Origin: Mobula hypostoma
Taxonomy: Eukaryota
DNA: 64,000 bases
Direction of reading: 5' to 3'
Assembly: GCF_963921235.1 (NCBI RefSeq)
Contig: NC_086097.1
Coordinates: 16,058,001-16,122,000 of the forward strand
Part shown: positions 24,621 through 37,804 of the stretch, in pieces
Position numbering within the stretch: the first letter of the stretch is position 1
How the letters are laid out: every line of letters begins with the position of its first letter
Position numbers and translations under genes: made by a program
The notes under the pieces: generated by a model
Seen by the model: only the letters and a program-made list of their open reading frames with translations
Databases searched by the model: none
What the model was told of the DNA's origin: nothing

Positions 24621-24896
24621 TGCATGTTGGTTGCTTGTCATTCTTTGTTTCTGTGTAGTTTTACATTGATTGTATTGTATTTCTCCGTTTTACTGTGAAA
24701 GCCTGCAAGAAAATGAAATGAACCCCTTGTTTCCTACCCTCCCCCCCCCCCCACTGGCTCCATCCACCCTCCAACATTCACTCCTCTCATCTATCACCCA
24801 CTGGTCTCTGTGTCACACTTGTCCCATCCTATACATATAATATCAGTTCATTTCCAATTTTCCCCAAAATATTTAAATGTGAAAGACATGCTTTGA

Positions 24897-27810
24897 ACAT
24901 AGAACCATAGAAACTACAGCACAGAAACAAGCCTTTTGGCTCTTCTTGGCTGTGCCGAACCATTTTCTGCCTAGTCCCACTGACCTGCACACGGACCACA
25001 TCCCTCCATACACCTGCCATCCATGTATCTGTCCAATTTATTCTTAAATGTTAAAAAAAAACCCGCATTTACCACCTTGTCTGGCAGCTCATTCCATACT
25101 CCCACCACTCTCTGTGTGAAGAAGCCCCCCCTAACATTCCCTTTAAACTTTCCCCCCCTCACCCTTAACCCATGTCCTCTGGTTTTTTCTCCCCTTGCCT
25201 CAGTGGAAAAAGCCTGCTTGCACTCACTCTATCTATACCCATCATAATTTTATATACCTCTATCAAATCTCCCCTCATTCTTCTACGCTCCAGGGAATAA
25301 AGTCCTAACCTATTCAACCTTTCTCTGTAACTGAGTTTCTCAAGTCCCGGCAACATCCTTGTAAACCTTCTCTGCACTCTTTCAACCTTATTTATATCCT
25401 TCCTGTAATTTGGTGACCAAAACTGAACACAATACTCCAGATTCGGCCTCACCAATGCCTTATACAACCTCATCATAACATTCCAGCTCTTATACTCAAT
25501 ACTTTGATTAATAAAGGCCAATGTACCAAAAGCTCTCTTTACGACCCTATCTACCTGTGACGCCACTTTTAGGGAATTTTGTATCTGTATTCCCAGATCC
25601 CTCTGTTCCACTGCACTCCTCAGTGCCTTACCATTAACCCTGTATGTTCTACCTTGGTTTGTCCTTCCAACATGCAATACCTCACACTTGTCTGTATTAA
25701 ACTCCATCTGCCATTTTTCAGCCCATTTTTCCAGCTGGTCCAAGTCCCTCTGCAGGCTCTGAAAACCTTCCTCACTGTCTACTACACCTCCAATCTTTGT
25801 ATCATCAGCAAATTTGCTGATCCAATTTACCACATTATCATCCAGATCATTGATATAGATGACAAATAACAATGGACCCAGCACTGATCTCTGTGGCACA
25901 CCACTAGTCACAGGCCTCCACTCGGAGAAGCAATTCTCTACTACCACTCTTTGGCTTCTTCCATTGAGCCAATGTCTAATCCAATTTACCACCTCTCCAT
26001 GTATACCTAGCGACTGAATTTTCCTAACTAACCTCCCATGCGGGACCTTGTCAAAGGCCTTACTGAAGTCCATGTAGACAATATCCACTGCCTTCCCTTC
26101 ATCCACTTTCCTGGTAACCTCCTCGAAAAACTCCAATAGATTGGTCAAACATGACCTACCACGCACAAAGCCATGTTGACTCTCCCTGATAAGTCCCTGT
26201 CTATCCAAATGCTTGTAGATTCTGTCTCTTAGTACTCCCTCCAATAACTTACCTACTACCGACGTTAAACTTACTGGCCTATAATTTCCCGGATTACTTT
26301 TCAATCCTTTTTTAAACAACGGAACAACATGAGCCACTCTCCAATCCTCCGGCACCTCACCTGTAGACAGCGACATTTTAAATATTTCTGCCAGGGCCCC
26401 TGCAATTTCAACACTAGTCTCCTTCAAGGTCCGAGGGAACACCCTGTCAGGTCCCGGGGATTTATCCACTTTAATTTTCCTCAAGACAGCAAGGACCTCC
26501 TCCTTTTCGATCTGTACCGTTTCCATGATCTCACTACTTGTTTCCCTTAATTCTATAGACTTCATGCCAGTTTCCTTAGTAAATACAGACGCAAAAAACC
26601 TATTTAAGATCTCCCTCATCTCCTTTGGTTCCGCACATAGCCGACCACTCTGATCTTCAAGAGGACCAATTTTATCCCTTACAATCCTTTTGCTCTTAAT
26701 ATACCTGTTAAAGCTCTTTGGATTATCCTTCACTTTGACTGCCAAGGCAACCTCATGCCTTCTTTTAGTCCTCCTGATTTCTTTCTTAAGTATTTTCTTG
26801 CACTTCTTATACTCCTCAAGCACCTTATTTACTCCCTGCTTCTTATACATGTCATACAACTCCCTCTTCTTCTTTATCAGAGTTGCAATATCCCTTGAGA
26901 ACCAAGGTTCCTTATTCCTATTCACTTTGCCTTTAATCCTGACAGGAACAAACAAATTCTGCACTCTCAAAATTTCTCCTTTGAAGGCTTCCCACCTACC
27001 GATCACATCCTTGCCAGAGAACAACCTGTCCCAATCCACGCTTTTTAGATCCTTTCTCATTTCTTCAAATTTGGCCTTCTTCCAGTTAAGAACCTCAACC
27101 CTAGGACCAGATCTATCCTTGTCCATGATCAAGTTGAAACTAATGTTGTTATGATCACTGGAACCAAAGTGCTCCCCTACACAGACTTCTGTCACTTGTC
27201 CTAACTCGTTTCCTAACAGGAGATCCAATATTGCATCCCCTCTAGTTGGTCCCTCTATATATTGCTTTAGAAAACTTTCCTGAACACATTTTACAAACTC
27301 TAAACCATCTAGACCCCTAATAGTATGGGAGACCTAATCAATATATGGAAAATTAAAATCCCCTACCACCACAACTTTATGTTTCCTGCAGTTGCCTGCT
27401 ATCTCTCTGCAGATTTGCTCTTCCAATTCTCGTTGACTATTGGATGGTCTGTAATACAATCCCACTAATGTGGCCATACCTTTCCTGTTTCTCAGCTCCA
27501 CCCATAAGGACTCAGTAGACAAGCCCTCTAATCTGTCCGGCCTGAGCACTGCTGTAATATTTTCCCTAACAAGCAATGCTACTCCCCCACCTTTCATTCC
27601 TCTGCCTCGATCACATCTGAAACATCGGAACCCTGGAATACTAAGCTGCCAGTCCTGCCCCTCCTGTAGCCAAGTTTCACTAATTGCTATAACGTCATAA
27701 TTCCACGTGTCAATCTATGCCCTCAACTCATCCGCCTTCCCCGCAATACTCCTACCATTTAAATATAACACCTCAGAAGATTTTTACCACCACTCACAAC
27801 CTTTCTATTA
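24897..27810 (-). mobile_element. Young CR1 LINE, nearly complete ORF2 (endonuclease plus RT; ORFs 27334..27597 and 25165..27228)
   Basis: 687-aa ORF with intact FADD; endonuclease motifs GDFNFP and GSSDH; few disruptions; ctatggtt tail. Confidence 0.95.
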
Positions 27811-27911
27811 GCGGATTTGCTTGAAATTTTAACATCATTTATTTTCACCCCAGCCACACTGTCAGCTCTACATGTGATTTTAAATGAGTAAAAATAATTG
27901 GAATATTGTAC

Positions 27912-28070
27912 CTGCATTGGGCACTTTTTGTCTGTTAAATAAAGGTGCAAGGATAGCCACATCACCGGCACACAGCCGTTTAACAACCTTCAACGAATAT
28001 GCAAATTTTAAAATGGGAATTATCTCAGATGAAGGAACTTCTCTACCAAGTTTCCACTGCAAGATAGGTT
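27912..28070 (-). CDS. CATSPERB: CATSPERB-like internal exon (159 nt, phase 1 to 1): (E)PILQWKLGREVPSSEIIPILKFAYSLKVVKRLCAGDVAILAPLFNRQKVPNA
   Basis: tttctgaag acceptor, CAG/gtacaa donor. Matches the recalled EPILQWTPGDVIP..LKVTKCPCANDVALL. Confidence 0.9.
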
Positions 28071-28439
28071 CTTCAGAAACATAATAAAATAAAAAGATAT
28101 TAAAAATCCTTAAATCATTGCTGATTATTGACATTATAACTGGGAAATAAATTTTGTCAAGCACTGTTACTTACAGTTTTCATTACTCACAAGTACTTAG
28201 GGGTTACAAAATGATATTTCCAACGTCAGTTCTTTAGATCATTCTAATCACAACACAGGCACCAGAAATAGTTATCTTATATCCACAGTAAAAGCTTGCA
28301 GTGTTCTCATACACAGCAATTCCAATTAAAAGCTGCCTCTTCTCATATTATTCTGTTCCTACCACCTACTATTTACTTATACTGTACACAAAATACGTAG
28401 AAAGACACTCAATAAATTTATTTCTCATTATAAAACTGT

Positions 28440-29160
28440 GCACTTTGTATGGTCGAATGAGTAAAAGTGTAGACTATTTTCTAAATGGGGTAAAAATTGA
28501 AAAATTTGAGGTACAAAGGAACCTGGAGCCCTCATGCAGGATTCCCTAAAGGTTAACTTGCAGCTTGAGTCAGTGGATATAAAATCAAGGATGTAATGCT
28601 GAGGCTTTATAAGGCATTGGTTGGACCACACTTAGAATATTTTGAATAGTTTTGAGCTGCATATCTAAGAAAAGATGTGCTGGCACTGGAGAGGGTCCAG
28701 AGGAGGTTCATGAGAATGATTCCAGGAAATGAAAGGGTTAATGTATGAAGAGTATTTGATGGCTTTGTGTCTGTACCAAATGGAGTTTAGAAGAATGAGG
28801 GGAGATAGAATAGACATGAACAAAATGTTTCCTGTAGTGTGGGAGTCTAGGGCCAGAAAACACAGCCTCAGAATAGAGGGACATCCATTTAGAATAGAGA
28901 TAAGGAGGAATTTCTTCAGCCAGAAGATAGTGAATCTGTGGAATTCATTGCCAGAGATAGCTGTGGAGGCCAAGTCATTGGGTATATTTTAAGCAGAGGT
29001 CGATAGTTTCTATATTAGTCAGGGCATCAAAGATTAAGGAGAGAAGGCAAGTGAATAAGGTTGAGAGGGATAATAAATCAGCCATGACAGAATGGCAGAG
29101 AAGACTCGATGGGCTGAATGGCCTAATTCTGCTTCTATGATATAAAGGTGTTATGGTATA
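28440..29160 (+). mobile_element. Decayed CR1 3' fragment
   Basis: EFRRMRGD..RNFFSQKIVNLWNSLP motifs and 3'UTR. Confidence 0.85.
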
Positions 29161-30010
29161 AAATAATGTATTAGGGGAAAGAGAACTGTAAAGGCTGAGA
29201 CAATTTTTATAAACGATTTTAGAGTTAGGATTTTGACACAGTAGAATTAGTAGAATTAGTTGCCTGTTGTGGCGGAATTAAGTATGAAGATCAGGATTTC
29301 AGAAGTGTAGGCATCTTAAGAATCACAAGTCTAAAAGACATTAAAGAGAAAGAGAATATCATAGTAGTGAAGAATTTGGAAAAAAACAGATGAGAATGTT
29401 AAAATCAAATCATTACATAACCAAGAGATAATTAATGTTAAGAAGTAATGTCCAAACAATTCTGGAAGTTAAATGAACCCACTGACAGAGACAATGAAGT
29501 CAAGCAAGATAGTAATGAAGTACAGTATTGTCAGTCTACTGATAATAATTTTAGATAATACTCCTGAAAGCCAACTTCAGTTGAAGGTGGAAAGGGTAGT
29601 TCACTGGCAGATCACCCCAGCAGTGCAGGCACAGAAGGGGATGATATTGCTAATGATTCTTTGGAGAATCCATTCAGCTAGGCCAACAGTAGAGAGGAAG
29701 AGGGTAAGATTGGCAGAAAGAAACACTATGGATGGGAAACACAGTGCATGGGAATCATGGTCACCAATTCAAATGTGCAGGATGTAAGAAGCTGGAGAGA
29801 GTAGTGGACCTTTGCACAATACATCACAGACACAACCCACCCCAATTATAGTATCTACAGGAGGTGCTGTCTTATTAAGGCCTCAGTAAGGCAACATCCA
29901 CCATCAAAGATCCCACTATCCAGACTATGCCATCCTTTTGCAGCTACCATCTGGCAGGAGTACAAAAGCCTAATGTCTCACACCACCAGGTTAAAGAACA
30001 GCCCTCCTCA

Positions 30011-30461
30011 AAGTTGCTGGTGAACGCAGCAGGCCAGGCAGCATCTCTAGGAAGAGGTACAGTCGACGTTTCAGGCCAAGACCCTTCGTCAGGACTAACT
30101 GAAGGAAGAGTAAGTAAGAGATTTGAAAGTTGGAGGGGGAGGGGGAGATCCAAAATGATAGGAGAAGACAGGAGGGGGAGGGATGGAGCCAAGAGCTGGA
30201 CAGGTGATAGGCAAAAGGGATACGAGAGGATCATGGGACAGGAGGTCCGGGAAGAAAGACAAGGGGGCGGGGGGGAAACCCAGAGGATGGGCAAGGGGTA
30301 TATTCAGAGGGACAGAGGGAGAAAAAGGAGAGTGAGAGAAAGAATGTGTGTATAAAAATAAATAACAGATGGGGTACGAGGGGGAGGTGGGGCATTAGCA
30401 GAAGTAGAGAAGTCGATGTTCATGCCGTCAGGTTGGAGACTACCCAGACGGAATATAAGGT
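30011..30461 (-). mobile_element. Penelope 3' fragment inserted into a Rex-like remnant; carries a hammerhead motif at 30060-30097
   Basis: Reverse-complement homolog of ~19650-20097; gttaaagaac duplicated at 29990-29999 and 30462-30471. Confidence 0.88.
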
Positions 30462-30520
30462 GTTAAAGAACTGCTACTTCTTTTCAACCTTTCCGCTATT
30501 GAGGCAGCCAGCAGAATCCA

Positions 30521-33500
30521 ACATAGACCATAGGCCATAGAAATCTACAGCACATTACAGGCCCTTTGGCCCACAATGTTGTACTGACTATGTAACCTGT
30601 CTAGAATTACCCTACCGCATAGCCCCCTATTTTTCTAAGGTTCATGTACCTACCTAAGAGTCTCTTAAAAGACCCAATTGTATCTGCCACTACCACCTTC
30701 ACTGGCAGTACATTCTACACACCCACCACTCTTTGTGTAAAATACTTACCTCTGACATCCCCCTTGTACCTACTTCCAAGCACCTTAAAACTATGCCCCC
30801 TCATGTTAGCCATTTCAGCCCTGGGAAAAAGCCTCTGGCTAACCACACGATCAATGCCTCTCAATATATCTCTATCAGGTCAACTCTCATCCTCCGTCAC
30901 TCCAAGGAGAAAAGGCCAAGTTCACTCAAGGTATGTTTTCCAATCCAGGCAACATCCCTGTAAATCTCCTCTGCACTCTCGCTACAGTATCCACATCCTT
31001 CCTGTGACTAGACTAGAACTGACCTGACCAAATAAGGTCTAACTAAAGTCTTATATAGCTGTAACATTACCTCACGGCTCTTGAACTTAATCCCACAGTT
31101 GATGAAGGTCATCACATCATACACCTTCTTAACAATACTGTCAACCTGCACAGCAGCTTTGAGTGTCCTATGGACACAGACCCCAAGATCTCGCTGATAC
31201 ATGACACTGCCAAGAGTCTTACCATTAATATTATATTCCGTCTTCAAATTTGACCTACCGAAATGAACCACTTCACACTTATCTGGGTTGAGCTCCATCT
31301 GCCACTTCTCAGCACAGTTCTGTATCCTATCGATGTCCCTCTGTAACTTCTGACAACCCTCCAGACTATCCACAACACCCCCAAATTTTGTGTCATCTGC
31401 AAACTTACTAACACACCCTTCTATTTCATCATCACAAAGAGGAGAGGTCCCAAAACAGATCCCTGTGGAACACCAATTGTCACCATCCTCCATGTAGAAT
31501 ATGAACCATCTACAATGACTCTTTGCCTTCTGTGGGCAAGCCATTTCTGGATCCACAAAGCAAGGTCTCCTTGGATCCCCTGCCTCATTACTTTCTGAAT
31601 GCGCCTTGCATGGGGAACCTTATCAAATGCCTGCCTGAAATCCATATACACTGCTCTACCTTCATCAGTGTGTTTTGTTACATCCTCAAAGAATTCAATT
31701 AGGCTCATAATGCACGACCTGCCCTTGACAAAGCCATGCTGACTATCCCTAATCAGATTATGTCTCTCCAAATGCTCATAAATCCTGCCTCTCAGGATCT
31801 TCTCCAACAACTTGCCCACCACTGAAGTAAGACTCACTGGTCTATAATTTCCTGGGTTATCTCTACGTCCTTTCTTGAACAAGGGAACAACATTTGCAAT
31901 CTTCCAATCATCTGGTACTTATCCCCTCCCTATTGATGATGCAAAGATCATTGCCAGAGGCTCAGCAATCACTTCCCTTGCTTCCCACAGTAGCCTGGGG
32001 TATATCTCATTCAGTCCCGGTGGCTTATCTAACTTAATACCTTTCAACAGCTCCAGCACATCCTCTTTCTTAATGTCTAAACACTCAAGTGTTTCAGTCT
32101 GCTCTAAGTCATCTCCATAATTGCCAAGGTCCTTTTCACTGGTGAATACTGAAGCAAAGTGTTCATTAAGTACCTCTGTTACCTCCTCCAGCTCCATGCA
32201 CATTTCCACTATCACACCTGATTGGTCCTATTCTCATATGCCTTATCCTCTTGCTCTTCACATACCTGTAGAATGCCTTGGGGTTTTCCTTAATCGTGCT
32301 TGCCAAGGACTTCTCATGATCCCTTTAGCTCTCCTTATTTCATTTTTGAGCTCCTTCCTGGCATCCTTGTAATTTCCTAGAGCTTTAACAATACCTAGTT
32401 TCTTGAACGTTTTGTAAGCTTTTCTTTTCTTCTTAACTGAATGTTCTACATCCATGGTTCCTTTATCCTACCTCAATGGAACATGCCTATGCAGAATGCC
32501 GTGCAAATATTCCCTGAACATTTACCATATTTCTGCTGTGCATTGCCCTGAGAACATCTGCTCCCAAGTTCCTGCCTAATATCATATTTTCCCCTACCCC
32601 AATTAAATGTTTCCCCAAATTGTCTGGTCCTATCCCTCTCCAGCGCTATGGTAAAGGAGATAGAGTTGTGATCACTACCTCCAAAATGATCTCCTACCGA
32701 GAGATCTGACACCTGACCAGGTTCATTTCACAAAATCAGATCAAGTACAGCCTCTCCTCTAGTTGGCTTATCTATATATTGCATCAGGAAACCTTTCTGA
32801 ACACACCTAACAAGCTCCACCCCATCAAAACCCCTTGCTCTAAGGAGATGCCAGTCAATATTAGGAAAGTTAAAATCACCCATTACAACAACCCTATTAT
32901 TATTGCACAGTTCCAGAATCTGCCTCCCTATCTGTTCATTGATGTCTCTGTTGCTATTGGGGGAGGGGGTCTATGAAAAACACCCTGTAGTTATTGCCCC
33001 TTTCCTGTTTCTGTCTTCCACCCATAATGACTTTTTCCTTTTCTGCAGCTGAGATACTATTCCTGAGTAGCAATGCCATGCCCCCATCTTTTTTGTCTCC
33101 CTCTCTGTCCCTTTTGAAACATCTAAAGCCCGGCACATTCAGTAGCCATTCCTGCCCCGAGACATCCAAGTCTCTGTAACGGCCACAACGTCATAGCTCC
33201 ATGTATTGATCCACACTCTAAGTTCATCTGCTTTGTTTATGATACTGCTTGCTTTAAAATAGACACATCTCAAACCATCTGACTGAGTGCATCTTTGCTC
33301 TATCATCTGCTTATCCTTCCTCACAAACTTGCTACAAGCTGTCTCTACTTGTGTGCCAACCGCCCCATCTTCTGCCTTTTCACTTTGGTTCCCCCCCCCA
33401 CCGCAAATCTAGTTTAAAACCTCTCCAATAGCATTAGCAAACCTCCCTCCCAGGATATTGGTTCCCCTCCAGTTCAGGTACAACCTGTCCCAATTGTACA

Positions 33501-34510
33501 GGTCACCCCAGAAAAGGTTCCAATGATCCAAGAACATGAAAGCCCTCCCCCTGCACCAACTCCTCAGCCACTCATTTATCCACGCTATCCTCCTGTCCGA
33601 CCTTCTCTAGCTCGTGGTACTGGGAGTAATCTGGAGATTACCACCTTGGAGGTCCTGATCTTCGGCCTCCTTCCTAATTCCCTAAACTTACTGTGCACCT
33701 GGCAGACAATACACTATTCTGGCATCTCTTTTGCTGCCACAGAATCTCCTATCTGTCCCCCTAACTATCGAGCCCCTTATGACTATTGCTTCGTCTGACT
33801 TCACCCTATTCTTCTGAGGCTCAGAGCTGACCACAGTGCTATTGACCTGGCTGCTGCTGCCTTGTCCAGATAGATCATCCCCCTCAGCAGTATCCAAAGG
33901 GGTATAACTGTTGCTGAGGAAAATGGCCACAGGGGGACCCTGCACTGGCTTCCTTCTCCCTTTACCTCTCTTGGTGTTCATCCATCTACCCATATTCTGC
34001 ACTGTGGGTGTAACCACCTGCACAAAAGTCGTATCTATCAAACGCTCTACCTCCTGGAGTATCCTAAATTCATCCAACTTAATGCGGTCTTTCATGAGCT
34101 GGAGTTGGCTGCACTTCCCGCAGGTGTAGTCATCAGAGAGACTATCAAGTTCCATGAATTCCCACATTCCACAGGAAAAGCATTCCACTGCCATATCTGC
34201 CATCCTGCCTGCACTGCACAATGGGCAACCACATCTTCTAGCCTGTGTCTTTGGCCTCAGCTCCTTCCCCTCAAAGCCCCTTAAGTCATAGCTTGACACT
34301 CCCATTCTCACCGCTGGCCCACTCCCAACAATGGCCGCCCTACTTGTCCCTTCTGTACTTTTATTTACTTCACAGTGCTCTGTTCCTGCTGCTGATTGGG
34401 TCTCCAGAACATCTGAACACCCGTGAAGTTGTCCTTTTATACAAACTTCACCAACTAGCGAGTAAACTCCTCAAAGTGCTCTGTTCCTGCCACTGATTGG
34501 GTCTCCGGCA
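30521..34510 (-). mobile_element. Near full-length decayed CR1: 5'UTR, ORF1 (Cys-rich finger plus esterase, ORF 33688..34311) and fragmented ORF2
   Basis: AVECFSCGMWE..YTCGKC..IVIRGSIVRGTDRRFCG..VYCLPGA, followed by endonuclease and RT fragments in the expected order. Confidence 0.9.
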
Positions 34511-35269
34511 TCACTACAGTTTAGCAGTATTATGAGCAATATGTCCACTTTACACTAAAACTGACTTCTTTTTGTTGTAATTGTGTTCTTTCTTGAAAAA
34601 TTGTGTATAATTTATGTAGTTTTCTTGTGAATGCTGTCGATATGATGCTATGTGTGTATGATGCTGCTGCAAATAAGCTTCTCTTTGCACCTGTGCATAC
34701 ATGTACTTGTGCATACAACAATCAACTCAACTTCGACTTTGGTCTATCACAAGTATGCTAGTTCAGAGCAGTTAATTGCGTCACAGATCATATAGCCTCA
34801 GCATGTCAAACTAAAAATAGAAGCGCAAGCAAGAATAATGTCAGACAAATAGGTTCCCAATTTAAGGGTAGGTAGAGAGCTATATCACAATGATGGTGAA
34901 CAGCAGCGTAAGGATCAAAATTTTAACAGCATGCAGTAAATGACTTCATCACCAATAATGAAGAATGCAGAAATTATTAAACTTAATGTGTAAGTTCAAT
35001 GTCAAGATATTGACATTGACATCAATGCAGTTGCTGATAGCTGACTTCTTGATATGAGCAAAAATATGTATATGAAGAAATTAATACCGAATCTTAGGTA
35101 TTCTGGCAACCCTAAGTTAGATGTCATGTGCAATTTATCATTATGGTTAGAAGCTGAAGTTATCAATCACAGCAGATGGCAAAACAAACAGGCTAATTTT
35201 AATGGGGAAAGATTTCCTTGCTGAAATAATAGTGGATTGGTAGAATGGATTTAGTGTGAGGAATGTGCA

Positions 35270-35870
35270 ACCAACAGAATCAGTATCACAACCAGAATCA
35301 GATGTAATATCACTGGCATATGTCATGAAATTGCTGTATTTATGGCAGCAGTACAGTGCAATGCATAATAGAGGAAAAAATTGTGAATTACAGTATATAT
35401 ATTAAATAGTTAAATAAGTAGTGTAGAATAGAAAACAATTAAAATGTTCAATGTCCAATCAGAAATCAGTTAGCAGAGACCATGAAGCTGTTCCTGAATC
35501 TTTGAGTGTGTGCCTTCAGGCTCGTGTATCTCCTTCCTGATAGTAACAATGACAACAGGGCATGTCCTGGATGATGGGGTTCCTTCATGATGGTGCTGCC
35601 TTTTTGAGGCATTGTTCCTTGAAAATGTCCTGGACACTACGGAGGCTAATGCCTATGATGGAACTGACTAAGTTTACAACTCTCTGCAGCTTATTTTGAT
35701 TATGTGCAGTAGGCACCACCCCTCCCCCATGCCAGACGGTGATGTAGCCAGGTAGAATGCTTTTCATAGTACATCTGCAGAAATTTGCAAGTGCCTCTTG
35801 TGACATATCAAATCTTCTCAGACTCCTAATGAAATATAGCTGCTGTCATGCCTTCTTTGTAACTGTATGA
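35270..35870 (-). mobile_element. Rex1/Babar-like 3' fragment, decayed
   Basis: LANFCRCTMKSIL..ITVWHG..KLQRVV..CLKKA. Confidence 0.78.
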
Positions 35871-37009
35871 CTGATTGGCAAAACCCATTCTTTTGGTGTG
35901 TGAAGCACACAAGAATTTCAGTTTTCAGCTCGCAGTTATCACAAGGTAACCTTCAATGACGTTGTGAACACTAAACAATTCCCATTACCTATAACTCAGG
36001 ATGTATTCACTGAATTGATAATTGCTAAGGTCTTTACCAAGATTATCATACAGAACATACAGGCAAAATTAAATGTAGCTAAAGAAAGGCAACACGATCC
36101 AGAAATTAATATCCAATAAGAGACTCAATTCATCTACTTAGCTGCTTATGATGTGGTCTTCAACTATGTCAATCCCATATGGACAGAATTTTAAAAGGAG
36201 CATAGTACTATCTATGTAAGCAACCAATGTTTTGATCCCAATTGCTACAGCAAAGGAAAATCTCAGAATCTTCAACTCCCAGAAGAATAAATGCAAATAG
36301 TGTGTGCAAATAAACTGTTTACAAGTAAGTAAAGAGAAAGCTAAGAAGGCTAATAAAAAACCTGGAAACATCATAGAACCAATATTTCCTAAAACAAACA
36401 AAGAACAACATGAATGACACACAAACAGAAAATGAGACATTGGAAATCATATTTAGGAGCAAAGATTTCATCATTTCTTGCTTAACCTTATACATTGGTC
36501 ACTAACGACAAATTCCTTCTAGACATTCTTGGACCCAAGTCCATCATTTGCACAATAGCTGCCTCAAATAGGTACCCTCCCAATCCACCTTCACTATGAA
36601 ATTGAATACCAACCATCCAAACAGAATGCCACAGCAAATGCATTATCAACAGTGCTGTAAAAAGACACTACCTTACAGGCAATGCAGAATGATTTTTTGT
36701 TTTAAAGAGCAGTGGAGATAGTGAGAATGACACAGAAAGGTTTTTTTCCTGAAGCAATATACTTTAAGTGTCTGTGCTGATTCAGACAGATATGAATGAG
36801 AATATAAAGCCTTTCAATCAAAGGAGCCATAAGTATTCCATAAATCAGGACTGCAGTAGATGAATGAAGTAGTTATACTCTGAGGTGAATCAGTATCAAT
36901 AACCCACAGAATATTTGCATATTGTTAACATGAAGCTAGTAGCTCATAGCCTTGTCTATCCTTCCAGCAGAGACAAATATAGGTAACAGCATGCTAGCAA
37001 GTTGGCAGT

Positions 37010-37465
37010 CCGCACTGAAAGGGTGAGCAGCTTCAAGTTCTTGGGTGTCAACATTTTAGATCAATCATGAAAATGGCATGATAGCAGCTATACTTCATTC
37101 GGAGTTTGATGAGATTTGGTATGTCAACAAAGACTTTAGCAAATTTCTACAGATGTACCATGGAGACCATTATGACTGGCAGCATAACCCTCTGGTATGA
37201 AGGCCCCAATAAACAGGAACAAAAAAGCTGCAGAGGACTGTAGGCTCATCAGTTCCATCATGAGCATTAGTCTCCCCACCATCAAGGAAAGCTTCAAAAG
37301 GCAGTGCCTCAAGAAGGCAACATCTATGATTAAGTGCCCTAACATCCAAGGAAACTGAACACCAGATTTTTGAATGCACAGTAATTTTGTACTGATTGCA
37401 CTATACCGCTGCTGCAAAACATACATTTCATGACATATATCAGTAATAAGAAAGCTGATTCTGAC
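37010..37465 (+). mobile_element. Rex1/Babar-like 3' fragment, decayed
   Basis: SFKFLGV, ANFYRCTME..SITLWY, CLKKATS remnants. Confidence 0.72.
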
Positions 37466-37804
37466 TGCAGATCACAGCACAAAAACACACTCCAAACATA
37501 AAAGAGGACCACAAAATTGACTAGTATTCCACATAAAAAATTTCAGAAAAGTCGTGGACAATCTACTGATACTTTCACAAGAACCAAGGCAACCACGTAG
37601 GGTCAGGCACTACCAATAGACTACAGGCAGTAGAACATAGGCTAGAGATCATAGACGAGAGACTGCAGGACACATTTCAAAGAGTATAGGCCCAGAGACC
37701 ATAAGCCACAATCCTTACAGCACAGAATGACTTGCTCAGGCTGGAGAGCATCGACCACTGAACCTAGACCACAGGCAGTAGACCTCAGACCGAAGAGATT
37801 AGGA

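Noticed and set aside
25579..27154. Plus-strand ORFs antisense to CR1 ORF2 (and similar ones elsewhere in the window)
   Set aside because: These are recurrent shadow ORFs of LINE coding sequence.
37600..37800. Weakly repeated acaggcagtaga motifs as a CRISPR-like or functional array
   Set aside because: Only two or three degenerate copies with irregular spacing, in a eukaryotic context.
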